A stretch of 64,000 bases of DNA from Cyanidioschyzon merolae (Eukaryota). The position numbers and the translations under genes are program-made. The stretch lies in the NCBI GenBank assembly GCA_000091205.1, contig AP006485.2. One strand, written 5' to 3'. Shown here piece after piece: positions 23,647-33,870 of this stretch; positions within the stretch are counted from its first letter, which is position 1; the number at the start of each line of letters is the position of its first letter. The notes under the pieces were generated by a model. It was not told where the DNA came from, did not search any database, and saw nothing but the letters and a program-made list of their open reading frames with translations.

Positions 23647-24255
23647 GGGGATACACGCTGAGTTTCGCACTCCGGTATACCTAAAATAAGATTGCCTTTT
23701 TGTAGTGGTTTGCTTTTCTTACAGGGTTACACGCTGAGTTTCGCACTCCGGTATACCTGCAATAAGATTGCCTTTTTGTAGTGGTTTGCTTTCCTTACAG
23801 GGATACACGCTGAGTTTCGCACTCCGGTATACCTGCAATAAGATTGCCTTTTTGTAGTGGTTTGCTTTCCTTACAGGGATACACGCTGAGTTTCGCACTC
23901 CGGTATACCTGCAATAAGATTGCCTTTTTGTAGTGGTTTGCTTTCCTTACAGGGATACACGCTGAGTTTCGCACTCCGGTATACCTACAATAAGATTGCC
24001 TTTTTGTAGTGGTTTGCTTTCCTTACAGGGATACACGCTGAGTTTCGCACTCCGGTATACCTGGAATAAGATTGCCTTTTTGTAGTGGTTTGCTTTCCTT
24101 ACAGGGATACACGCTGAGTTTCGCACTCCGGTATACCTGCCATAAGATTGCCTTTTTGTAATGGTTTGCTTTCCTTACAGGGATACACGCTGAGTTTCGC
24201 ACTCCGGTATACCTGGAATAAGATTGCCTTTTTGTACTGGTTTGCTTTCCTTAAA
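23647..24255. repeat. 76-bp tandem array, ~8 units, 0.2-0.8 kb upstream of the Sec16-like start codon
   Basis: Unit gggatacacgctgagtttcgcactccggtatacctNNaataagattgcctttttgtagtggtttgctttccttaca is repeated head-to-tail 8 times. Variation is almost confined to one dinucleotide (aa/gc/gc/gc/ac/gg/gcc/gg) plus a few ends. Confidence 0.9.
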
Positions 24256-24963
24256 GTTGTTCAATGAAAATAGCGTATGATATGCATTCGGGAAAGGTCG
24301 GGAAAAGCGTTTTGTGACGGCAATGGTCGTGTGCGGAAAACGGTCGTACATAGGCAAGTCAGTTCCTACTTCTCCAGAAGGTGCATGAACCGCACTTGTC
24401 GATGTGCATCCATGATAGAACTTGTCGAAATCTATCAACACGAATACTCTTTTGATCACTCCAATTTAGTCCAAACGTTCCCCCAGAAATACGAGGAAAG
24501 AAGCTCCAGGATGTCAAGTGTTCATGCGGTTTAAAAGGTCGGTGCTGAAGCGACTCGGATGGACGGAACAAGAGATCGCTTTCCTTCCACCGTTGAATAT
24601 ACACAATCGATTTCGTAGTGAAACGCGAATACTTTTGACAGAAAGCACAGGTAATCGTCTGATTTGATGATTCTTAATTCGACATGAATTTAGAGACCTG
24701 TACATGGCTGCTCAAAGCGGCGTTAACCATATTTCAAAGGCAAGCAACGAGTGATCATGGTGACAACATGACCCTAAATGGTAATGCAGCCGCGCGGTCC
24801 ATGAAGTATCACGAAAAAAAGCACAGGATGATTTACCATCTTATCATTCGTCGAAGCGCACTTTGAGTCTTGTCCTTGTCATGTGTTATGCTCCTGCTCT
24901 TACAGAGCGCCACTTTTTATCTTACAGAAATGGTCGAGGAGTCCTCCTCTAGGATTGGCGTTT

Positions 24964-25646
24964 TCTACGCTCCCTTCGTGCGAAACGGTGACGCACACCC
25001 TACTGGAATCGATCGCTCGGATGACTCCAGTTCTAGTACCGAATCCTTTCCCAAGCAAACAGAAGAGGCGGGAGCCCCGCAAGCAGCGCACCACATCATA
25101 CGGTACCCTGCTGCTCTGGAATGCCGTCTCGCCGATGAGCGCGAAGAGACAAGCATTTGTCTTTCGAATGCAATGGACCATTCGAAGCGACAAGTGACGT
25201 GAGCAATGGTCATGAGTTTGTGAACGAGTCGTCCATGGACGACGTCAAGGTTCTGGTATTGCTGGATAATCTAGGGACACAAATCGCTTCGCCCCTAGGG
25301 TGCCGTGAGAGAGCAACACTGAAGCGTTGAAGAGTGCACGATTAACGCGTGCTTCACGTACGGAGCTTTAAAGCGTGGGAGCTTGAACCAGTGACTCGGA
25401 TCATTATATCGAATATTCTACGAATCTTTATTCGATTGCGTCGTGAATCCCCCCGATCCCTGTAACGTAACAAATTCCAGCGGTACAGCGTCAAAGGAGG
25501 CATTCCGCGAAAAAATGGCGACCGATCGACAGCAAACTACTCATGAATCTACACGCTCCTGCCTGCTGCATTTCGCATGTCGAGACTGCGGAACTGCAAG
25601 TTCGGATAAATGGAAAAACAGGAACATAGAAAGCAGTAAAGCACTG
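24964..25646 (+). repeat. dispersed repeat family A, copy 2 (truncated at both ends relative to copy 1)
   Basis: Aligns to copy 1 positions 10931..11613 (683 bp) with a few substitutions. Confidence 0.8.
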
Positions 25647-25792
25647 TATGTGAATCTCACCCGTCTCTTTATCACAAGCTCTCAGAATCGGACTCGGTGA
25701 CGTGTCGTGCGGTCCTGTCAGTGACAATCCTGTACCGTCGCTGTCGTCCTCGTCGAGCGACTCCGGTTACGCACCAGGCTTCCTCTGTTCAT

Positions 25793-26998
25793 CTACGCAC
25801 ATATTCCATCGGTAAAGGTCGTTCCTTCAGGGCAGATGCACGTGTCTGTGCCACAAGTCGCCTCAGGCGGGCAGCACAGCAGGCGCTCGAAGCCGTACCA
25901 GAGCGGGGTCGAGAGCTTGCCGCAGTTCTGGTAGCCAGCACGGCAGGCGCAGTTCGTGTTGCTCGGAAGCGTCGTTGGTAGCGGCGTCGCTTCCCAGCTC
26001 TGCCACTGCTTGTTCTTGTTCTGTTGTACCTGCAGCTGAGCCTGGCGGATTGACAACACGCACGTCTGGGTCGGATCACAGCACTCCTGGCCACAGACAG
26101 TCTGGTTGGCGCTCGGGCAGGAGAGCATCGGCTGCTTGTAGTAGCACCATGGGATCTGGCTCAGGGCCTGTGAATCGGCACCCTGGTACGGGTAGATTGG
26201 CTCGAAGCAGCAGCCGCGTTGGAAGCACTCGTGCGACGAGATGCCCGGGAAGCCACAGTTCTGCCGCTCATTCGCATCCACGTAGCACGTTCCGAGCGGC
26301 TCGTAGCATATACCGTTCTGGTTATTCTGATGCTGCTGTTGCAGTTGCGAGGACCAATAGTAATTGGAGTCGAAGCAGCAACCATGGGCAACGCATTCCG
26401 ATTCAGTGACTTGCTGCCTGTTGCCCAGAGCTGCGCAGGGCAGTTGAATGGTGACGTTACAGTTCGGTTGCGGGTACTGCGGCTGATAGACGGGCTCCTG
26501 TCCGGGTTTGTAATAGCAGAAGGGCGCGTACTCGCCGGCTTGCGGCGGCAACCAGCAGCAGCCGTACGATGTACACTCTTGTGGGGTTATTCCAGGCCAA
26601 CCGCAAGCACTGCGGTTCTGAGGCGCCACATCGCAGCTCGGAGCTGGCGTCGGCAACAAGCAGGTGTAGCCGTTCCAGCAGCAACCATACTGAAGACACT
26701 GATCCTGGTTGAGGTTCACACCGCAGATTTCCACCGTATCACACTGCTGTTGCTGGTTGTTCTGGTTCTGGTACTGCTGCTGTTGTGTGAAGATTTGCTG
26801 CTGCTGCTGCTGTTGCTGCGGCTGCTGCTGAATGATGACTTGCTGCTGTTGCTGCGGCTGCAGTTGTTCACCATAGGTGCGCGCCAGCGTCGGCAAGGCC
26901 ACTACCGTCGTGACGGTTCCGCTACCAGCAAACAGGGCTGCCACCGCTGCTGCGAGTAACGTTACCAACAGAATAAATGAGAGGCGGCTGCGTTGCAT
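25793..26998 (-). CDS. secreted Cys-rich protein with 3-4 trefoil (P-type) domains and a Q-rich linker
   Basis: Track start 27007 is TTG; the ATG at 26998 gives MQRSRLSFILLVTLLAAAVAALFAG (signal-peptide-like). After this come Q-rich repeats (QQQQQVIIQQQPQQQQQQQQ). The trefoil units include CDVAPQNRSACGWPGITPQECTSYGCCWLPPQAGEYAPFCYY and RQNCGFPGISSHECFQRGCCFEPIY...PWCYY. Both fit the P-domain consensus R-x-[DN]-C-G-[FY]-P-G-I-[TS]-x2-[EQ]-C-x3-G-C-C-[FW]-x(5-20)-W-C-[FY]. Two further partial matches are present. Confidence 0.65.
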   Translation of the reverse strand: MQRSRLSFILLVTLLAAAVAALFAGSGTVTTVVALPTLARTYGEQLQPQQQQQVIIQQQPQQQQQQQQIFTQQQQYQNQNNQQQQCDTVEICGVNLNQDQCLQYGCCWNGYTCLLPTPAPSCDVAPQNRSACGWPGITPQECTSYGCCWLPPQAGEYAPFCYYKPGQEPVYQPQYPQPNCNVTIQLPCAALGNRQQVTESECVAHGCCFDSNYYWSSQLQQQHQNNQNGICYEPLGTCYVDANERQNCGFPGISSHECFQRGCCFEPIYPYQGADSQALSQIPWCYYKQPMLSCPSANQTVCGQECCDPTQTCVLSIRQAQLQVQQNKNKQWQSWEATPLPTTLPSNTNCACRAGYQNCGKLSTPLWYGFERLLCCPPEATCGTDTCICPEGTTFTDGICA

Positions 26999-28326
26999 CT
27001 TTCGCAATTGAAAATAAATACCAACGCTCGTGAAAACTCAGAAAATTATAAATTGTATCACTTTTGTGAATAATGGTTCGATGAACGCTCCCGTTTTGCT
27101 TCCTGAGCGCCAATGACACACACACACCGATGCGAACGCTTGACACGCTTATGTTCAGCAAAGGACACGGGAGTGAGATGCCTATGTCCAACGTTCGTGC
27201 TCGAAGGAAGATGCCACAACGACAAACAACAGAGTAGTGCTGTGTGCATCGGTAGCGACGCGGCGGGCCGTACACGGAGGCTGGACCCAATGGGTCTACA
27301 ACCGCCACGCCCAGGACCGAGGAGAGAGGCCCTCGCTTTAGGCCCGCGACGTAACGGAATCGCAGCAGTGTACAGGGCGCTGCAGGCATCATACGCGGCG
27401 AATCGGCGGGCCAAATTCCGTTCGCGCCGTCGCTGGCGGTGCGCAAGGCTAGGATCGCCAGCGCGCTAGCCTCGCCACGTGGCGCGCTCTACTGCGGCAT
27501 CAGGTGCGCACGCATGCGCCTTGATCGGTCAGTGCGTCGTGGCGCACCGACGCCGCCGGCTGATGATGACGCTTTGATCGATCCTGCAGCGTTCCGCGTG
27601 GATGCGATCTACACACGAAAACGGGTACACGAGACAGGCACGCTGACGTGCCTCGCCCTGCGTACGGTGTGGTGACGGCTCGGCGCAGTGGCCGGCGGCA
27701 GTGCAATCGCTGCACTGCGCTATGCGAGCTTTCCGTGAAAGTCCAGTGGTTGTTGCGAACCTGGGGCGGTCCGATTGGGGCTCTGCATCCAGGTTGGCAC
27801 GACAACGTGATGGTACAATCATCTATTTTTCGAACAAAAAGCAACTTTTATATCCAGAACGGATCATCGTGTTCAGCGCATCCTCTGAAATCCGAACGCT
27901 CGCCGCCACACCATCCCGCGGACTTGGCATACGCGCACAGCACCCGGATTCCATTCACAACGCGAGGTTGTAATTGTCCATTTATATATATAAAGATGCA
28001 ATTATATCCCATATCCTCTTGAGCCTGTGACGGATTCTCGCGTGATCCGTCGCACGAGACGCCGCAACGGCCACGGGAATTCAAAACGTGAAATGTGACG
28101 CGGCAGCCGTCCAGCGGCGGCGCCAGCCGCGCGCCACCAATGGAGCCGTACAGCGCGTCCGTTCAGGCCATGTTCGCGGCTACCGGGTCGCCAGACGACG
28201 TGACGAGCGTTCAAGCTGCATCAAGACCCGAATAATTGCCCATTCGAACGCTTTCTCTTCAGTCAGGCAGGCAATCGGCGTACGCATCGTCCCGGAGGGA
28301 GTCTAAGAGGCTCCCACTACAGCAAA

Positions 28327-31077
28327 ATGCCCGAGCAGAGTCAACGTATCCGCACAGGGCCGCGCAGCGCAGCTGTACCCACTACAGGTCACGCTCGCCT
28401 AGCTGCTGTGCAGCGAGTATCAGCAGCTACGGGCGAACGACGAGAACGCTTAAAGATAGAGAAAAACGTAACTGAGCGCGAGCCGGCGCAACGTATTGCG
28501 CCTTGTGTGGAGCAGCGACGTGCACGGCACCAGCCGTGGAGCGGGATCTCGCAAACACGGCAAGAGCCTAGCCGCCCCGAGCCTGTGCGCTCCAGTGCAA
28601 GTGCTGCGGGAACGCATGCGACTGCGTCTAGCAGCGGCGTAAACACACCCACAAACTCGGCAGCAGAACGGGTACAAGTTGCGGTGCGCTGTCGCCCTTT
28701 GTCTGTCGAACTGCTGCAGACTGGCGGTGATGCGCCCGTCCAAGCTGTTCGCGTCAATGAGTTATTGCGTGAAGTTCGCGTTCTGCAGCCTACCTATCTG
28801 GCGAGTGCCCATTTGGCTCGGTCAACAAACGCATCAGCGTTGACGGCAGCGGCGCCTGGTGTGCCGCTGCCCGTCTCTGAGGCCGACTTTGATCAGGTGC
28901 CTCCGTATGCGATGCGTTCCTTTACTTTTGACAAGGTTTTCCCCATGAATGCAGGGCAAGAACATGTGTACCAGAGTCTCGTGCAGCCAATCGTGAGCGA
29001 CTCGATCCTCGGCTACAACTGTACGATTTTTGCGTACGGACAAACCGGCACTGGCAAAACGTACACCATGGAGGGCGTGCTGCCAGGACACACCGCTGAG
29101 CCCGGTGCAAGCGGCTGCTCACTCCCGCCAACAGCAGGAATCATTCTTCGAGCCGCAAACCAAATATTTGCCACACTGAAGGATCGCAGCAACGATATCG
29201 AATACACCGTTCGTTGCTCACATCTGGAGCTCTACAATGAGCAGCTTAGCGACTTGCTCGCCGTCGAGGGTGCTGCTCATCCCATGCGCATCCTGCAGGA
29301 TCCCTCAAAAGGCGGTGTTTTCGTTTCCGGACTGGAGGAAATCGTCGTTCGCAACGAGCAGGAGATCATGGCGCTCTTGGAGAAGAGTTCGCAGCGCCGT
29401 CGCACTGCGGAGACAAGCCTCAACCGATACTCTTCCCGGTCACACGCCATTTTCACGATCACGATTCACGTGCGAGAAATGACGCCTGACGGTGAGGATC
29501 TTCTCCGAGTTGGCAAGTTGAATCTCGTGGACCTGGCTGGCTCCGAGAACATTGGGCGCTCGGGTGCAACGCATGAACGAGCACGGGAAGCAGGCTCTAT
29601 TAACCAGTCGCTGCTTACACTGGGTCGCGTCATTAATGCGCTTATCGAAGGTCAGGTCCACATCCCGTATCGCGACAGCAAGTTAACACGGCTACTGCAG
29701 GAGTCTCTGGGCGGCCGCAACAAGACTGCTATCGTTGCCACCATAAGCCCTGCGGCTGCAGATCTCGAGGAGACACTCAATACACTCGATTATGCTTTCA
29801 GGGCGAAGAACATTCGCAATCGACCCACTCTGAATCAAATGCTGATGAAGAAGACGCTGATTCGGGAGTATGCGGAAGAGATCGCACGTCTGCGTCTCGA
29901 GCTCGAGGCAACACGGGCCAAAAACGGCATCTTCGTGCCGCCCGAGCTCTACGCCGAAATGGACGAGGCCCGCCGAACGCACCGTGATCGAATTGCAGCG
30001 CTGGAGCAACGAATCCAGGATCAGGCCCAAGAGCGTGACGTACTCGAGCGAATGCTGGACGAGTCCCGTGACCAGCTGGCACAATCACAGGAGCGGCAGC
30101 AGGTGCTCGAGGGTGAGCTCCGAGCACGAGACGCGGCCATGCACCAGCTACAAGCGCATCTGCACAGACTGGACGCTCAACAGAAAGAAAGCCGCTTCCT
30201 CTTGCGCGAACAAAAGCGAGTGGAAGAACAGCTCGCTTCCGAAGCCCTGTGCCTCATGAACAATCTCACTCAGAGCCTGGTGGATCTCGACACGCTCTAC
30301 GCGAAACTAGAGGAGCGCGATCGCTCGCATAGGGCGTTTTACGGCCACGTGCGTGAACTGGAAACGGTATGCGCAGATACAATGCACCAAATTCGCAGCG
30401 AGATTCACCAGCTGGAGGAACGCATCGAAACCCACGATCATCTCATCCGGGATCGATTCAGTCAGTGCCTGTCATCTTCAATGACGTCGGTGCCGGTGTG
30501 CAAAGCGGACGACGCATACGAACCTGGCGCTGACAAGGAAAATATGAGCGTGTTTGCTAGCGAGCCTCATCTGCAACCATCGACGGATGCGTTACGAGAT
30601 ACGCCAAAGCGGCGCCACTGGAGCTATCCCCGAAAACTGACCCGATCAGCTCCTGAGCACGAACTGCTTGCAGCGTATCGCGGATTGGATGTACATCCCG
30701 CGCGCAGTGATGGGGCAGTAGCAACCATAGAGGCCGCGACGACGACGCTGCCCACCCCGGATGCTGGTTCAGATCAGGGCGAAGCGCCGACATTGCCCTC
30801 GGATGCCACATTCACTCACGATAGGACGCCTTGCGATCCCAGTATCGATGCAATCAAGACGTCGACAAATACAACGGCGACGACTGCATGCGAGCAGGCG
30901 CCACAGCGCGCGGAAACGCTGGACACGATACAGACGCACGATCCTAGCTCGCGGCGTCAGCATCGTCAAACTTGGCCTGGAACTGTCCCGGATGCGAGTC
31001 GTGTGCACCGTCAACCGCCAACGAGCGCCAGCGTCGTTCACCGAGATCGATGTTCAACGCCGGCCCATGTGACGTAA
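28327..31077 (+). CDS. kinesin-5 (BimC/Eg5 family) motor protein
   Basis: ATG at 28327. VQVAVRCRPL...NCTIFAYGQTGTGKTYTMEG...SSRSHAIFTITIHV...LNLVDLAGSENIGRSGA...HIPYRDSKLTRLLQESLGGRNKTAIVATISPA...LNTLDYAFRAKNIRNRP, then a long coiled-coil tail. There is a ~110-aa low-complexity extension before the motor domain. Confidence 0.9.
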   Translation: MPEQSQRIRTGPRSAAVPTTGHARLAAVQRVSAATGERRERLKIEKNVTEREPAQRIAPCVEQRRARHQPWSGISQTRQEPSRPEPVRSSASAAGTHATASSSGVNTPTNSAAERVQVAVRCRPLSVELLQTGGDAPVQAVRVNELLREVRVLQPTYLASAHLARSTNASALTAAAPGVPLPVSEADFDQVPPYAMRSFTFDKVFPMNAGQEHVYQSLVQPIVSDSILGYNCTIFAYGQTGTGKTYTMEGVLPGHTAEPGASGCSLPPTAGIILRAANQIFATLKDRSNDIEYTVRCSHLELYNEQLSDLLAVEGAAHPMRILQDPSKGGVFVSGLEEIVVRNEQEIMALLEKSSQRRRTAETSLNRYSSRSHAIFTITIHVREMTPDGEDLLRVGKLNLVDLAGSENIGRSGATHERAREAGSINQSLLTLGRVINALIEGQVHIPYRDSKLTRLLQESLGGRNKTAIVATISPAAADLEETLNTLDYAFRAKNIRNRPTLNQMLMKKTLIREYAEEIARLRLELEATRAKNGIFVPPELYAEMDEARRTHRDRIAALEQRIQDQAQERDVLERMLDESRDQLAQSQERQQVLEGELRARDAAMHQLQAHLHRLDAQQKESRFLLREQKRVEEQLASEALCLMNNLTQSLVDLDTLYAKLEERDRSHRAFYGHVRELETVCADTMHQIRSEIHQLEERIETHDHLIRDRFSQCLSSSMTSVPVCKADDAYEPGADKENMSVFASEPHLQPSTDALRDTPKRRHWSYPRKLTRSAPEHELLAAYRGLDVHPARSDGAVATIEAATTTLPTPDAGSDQGEAPTLPSDATFTHDRTPCDPSIDAIKTSTNTTATTACEQAPQRAETLDTIQTHDPSSRRQHRQTWPGTVPDASRVHRQPPTSASVVHRDRCSTPAHVT

Positions 31078-31431
31078 TCCCGGGCACGTCTCGGCAACGA
31101 AGGCGACGGCAACGCATCGGTAATCAGCAGCACGGCGACGAGCGGTCGCTCGCTGCGACGCAGTGCCAATGCCGCTCAGCATCGCGACGCCACAGCTCCC
31201 ACAGCGATGTATCGTTGGCGACAGACGCCATGAGGCTGCGGTCGCTTGCTCGACCAAGGCAGTCGCAATGCCGGGTCCCGGCACGCAAGGCCAGGGCACC
31301 GTCCTGGCAATCCTGCGGACACCAGCTCGCTTTCTCTGACGTGCGCGTGCGTCGTGTGCGCTCGCGCAGGCATCGCTGGACCCGCCCGGGAAGCCTTGAC
31401 ACTCCCTGGAAACCCCCAGATGCCGACTTCA

Positions 31432-32538
31432 CTACGCAGCGTTGGTATCCAGACGTCCATCCGCAGATGCTGCTGACCAGATCTTGACGGAGCGATCGCG
31501 TTCGAGGGCGCCACTCGCGATGACGTGATCTGTCGGATGTGCGTCCACTGCCAGCACAACATCGGTGTGCGCCTCAAGGCGCTGGACCATCTTCCGTGTG
31601 TGCAGATTCCACAGGTACACAAACCCGTCTTCGCTACCACTCAGCACATACTTGTGCTCGGGGTGTGTCACCACAAACGTGCTGAATACACAGTAGCGAG
31701 CATTGCAATGTCCCCGCAAAGTCTTGAGCACCCGCCCTTGGCCATCGCGGTAGCTCCATAAACGTATCGTGCTATCTAGGGTATTCGCCAGGATGTAGCC
31801 CCCGTTGGGGGTGAATTTCACAAAGCTCACAGGCAAGCTTTCCTCTCCAACGATCGTATATAAACAACGGCCATCAGGCACGTCCCATATCCTACAAAGC
31901 CCATCATACGACGAAGATACCAACAGGGTTCCGTCGCGATTGAAATGCACCGCACTCACCGGTTCCGAGTGCGCCGGCAGCGTCCGTAGACATCGACGCA
32001 TTCGCACGTCCCAAAAACAAATGGTTTCATCGAACGATCCCGAGGCCAAAACATTACCCTGGGGATTAAAGTTGCAGCAGAAGACATAATTGGAGTGTCC
32101 TTCGAAACGGTGCACGGCGACGCCCCGCTCCACATCCCAGAGCCGCAGCGTGCGATCATCGGACGCGGAGGCGAGCCAGCGCGACAGGCTCGCCGAACGA
32201 CTCGCCCCGCTGCCAGCTGCTGCTGCTGCGGACGCTGCACCAGCCCAGGCTACGTCGCTGATGCCTTGCGCGTGTCCCTCGAGAACGCCCACTAGTCTGC
32301 CATCTGCGACTGACCATAGCCGAACCGTCTTGTCTGCAGAAGAAGACGCCAACAGACGACCGTCAGGAGAGAACTTCACAGAGGAGATGGCCTTTCGGTG
32401 ACCCTCGAGCGTGTACTGCAACACGAACTGCAAGTCAGGCGAGGTCTCCTGCTCTTTGCGAGCGCTTCCAGCAAACTCGTGCACAGGCGCACAGGTGCCC
32501 TCACAGCACTCTGGTCCTCGCTCTACGCCGCTGGACAT
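31432..32538 (-). CDS. WDR5: WDR5-like WD40 repeat protein
   Basis: Track start 32559 is GTG; the first ATG is 32538 (MSSGVERG...). LEGHRKAISSVKFSPDGRLLASSSADKTVRLW...GHSNYVFCCNFNPQGNVLASGSFDETICFWDV...LPAHSEPVSAVHFNRDGTLLVSSSYDGLCRIWD...VSFVKFTPNGGYILANTLDSTIRLW is near-collinear with human WDR5. An Ala-rich insertion (AWAGAASAAAAAGSGASRSASLSRW) sits in one blade. Confidence 0.9.
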   Translation of the reverse strand: MSSGVERGPECCEGTCAPVHEFAGSARKEQETSPDLQFVLQYTLEGHRKAISSVKFSPDGRLLASSSADKTVRLWSVADGRLVGVLEGHAQGISDVAWAGAASAAAAAGSGASRSASLSRWLASASDDRTLRLWDVERGVAVHRFEGHSNYVFCCNFNPQGNVLASGSFDETICFWDVRMRRCLRTLPAHSEPVSAVHFNRDGTLLVSSSYDGLCRIWDVPDGRCLYTIVGEESLPVSFVKFTPNGGYILANTLDSTIRLWSYRDGQGRVLKTLRGHCNARYCVFSTFVVTHPEHKYVLSGSEDGFVYLWNLHTRKMVQRLEAHTDVVLAVDAHPTDHVIASGALERDRSVKIWSAASADGRLDTNAA

Positions 32539-32915
32539 GATGCGGATTCTTGCAGTCACCGCCCCAGCTCACGGTTGCTTTCGAGAGCACCCAACCGTCT
32601 CAATCAGAACGCTACCGCGCTACAGGCTGCTGCTCGGCCGGTGAACCGAAGCACCGCACCAGAAGACGTACAGCAGCAGCAGCAGCAGCAACTACTATTA
32701 TCGACTACCAACCAATCAACCAACCACCAGCTGCTGGGCGTCCACAGTTCTTCGACACAGCGCGGACCTGTGGCGCTTGTTAAATAAAGTCCCTGTCAAC
32801 GTTAGAAGCGTTCCCCTCGAAAGCCGCCTCTGGAATGATATGCAACGACGTCGTGTTGCCGTCGTATGGCGCCCTGTGAGGCGCGCACGGATATGTGTGC
32901 AACGCATTGATCCGT

Positions 32916-32961
32916 GACGCGCACGCACGCACGCATGCGTGCGTGTATGCGTGCGTGCGCG
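32916..32961. promoter_or_regulatory. alternating purine-pyrimidine imperfect palindrome (Z-DNA/cruciform-prone) in the divergent WDR5 / carrier intergenic region
   Basis: gacgcgcacgcacgcacgcatgcgtgcgtg(tatg)cgtgcgtgcgcga. The arms are reverse complements apart from a 4-nt insertion. It is followed by ttgccgcg direct repeats at 32964..32995. The regulatory role is speculative. Confidence 0.3.
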
Positions 32962-33266
32962 ATGTTGCCGCGTTGCCGCGTTGCCGCCGCCGCCGTCGTT
33001 GTCGGTGCCACGCGATGTGTGACACCGATCCGGGTAGCCCGTTCGGCATGCAGCCGATGGCGAATACGCCGTCGTTGTCTACCCCGCGAGCACCCAATGC
33101 TCTATGTGATCAGTGACACGATAAATGCGCTACGACCCTGACAGGTGTATATATCTATCGATGGACAGGCGCCTCTTGGTCTTGTTTGACCGACTTTGTG
33201 CTATCGGCTGCAGCTTCTCGTTGTGCACTTCGAGCATCAGAGGGTGCCTCACAACGTAGGTTCGCC

Positions 33267-33870
33267 TCAGCTTCGCGGGTCTCTGCTCTTCAGCACCACC
33301 CATCGTCCGATACTCATGGCGGTGTTTAAGTCTCTGTTCAAGAATTTCATAGGTTTATTGCCGCTGGGTGGTTTCAGCAATGCAAGGATTCCTAGTGGTC
33401 GCACGCTATGCGCTATTAGAGTCTCGTCGACGTCCTGTCGGGGAAACATCTTTTCTCGACTATCCCCCTTCTTCTTCTTCTCTTCAATGGTCATGAATCA
33501 TGGATAGTATGGAGGAAAGGAAAGCAGCTCTATCCCGATAGATTCGGCAAAAGCCTGGACGCATGGGGAATGGTGAGATGCAACGTTGTCCGGTAGAAGG
33601 ACGCCGCCATTCGTCAGATGATTCTTCAGTGATTCGATAACGTGGTTGGTGCTCTTGTATGAGCCTTCTCTACGACCCCAAGCTGAAGCCGCCAAATGAA
33701 TCCACTGCAGCTGGAACAGATGATGGTGTCCTCGTTCTCTTCGAATTCGATCCTGAATTCCACGGACGCCCTCTATGCCAGTACGCGTGAAAGCTCCGAC
33801 AATTTCGTCTGAAAAAAAAAAGTCCCTTGCACTCAGAAAAGGATTCAAAATCCTTGTGCATCATACCAAT
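33267..33870 (-). mobile_element. decayed Tc1/mariner-superfamily DDE transposase remnant
   Basis: Track ORF 33498..33848 (-) reads ...FFFSDEIVGAFTRTG...GGVLLPDNVASHHSPCVQAFAESIGIELLSFPPYYP. This matches the Tc1 second-D region (FQQDNAPCH...EWF...I.VLPWP.QSPDLNP) with the upstream FSDE motif, then a stop. The adjacent ORF 33267..33494 continues in another frame. No intact ORF. The surrounding 33.1-34.2 kb is AT-richer than the flanks. Confidence 0.5.

Noticed and set aside
23647-24255. Regularly spaced 76-bp repeats as a possible CRISPR array
   Set aside because: The units are contiguous with no unique spacers, the genome is eukaryotic, and no cas genes are present. It is a minisatellite.
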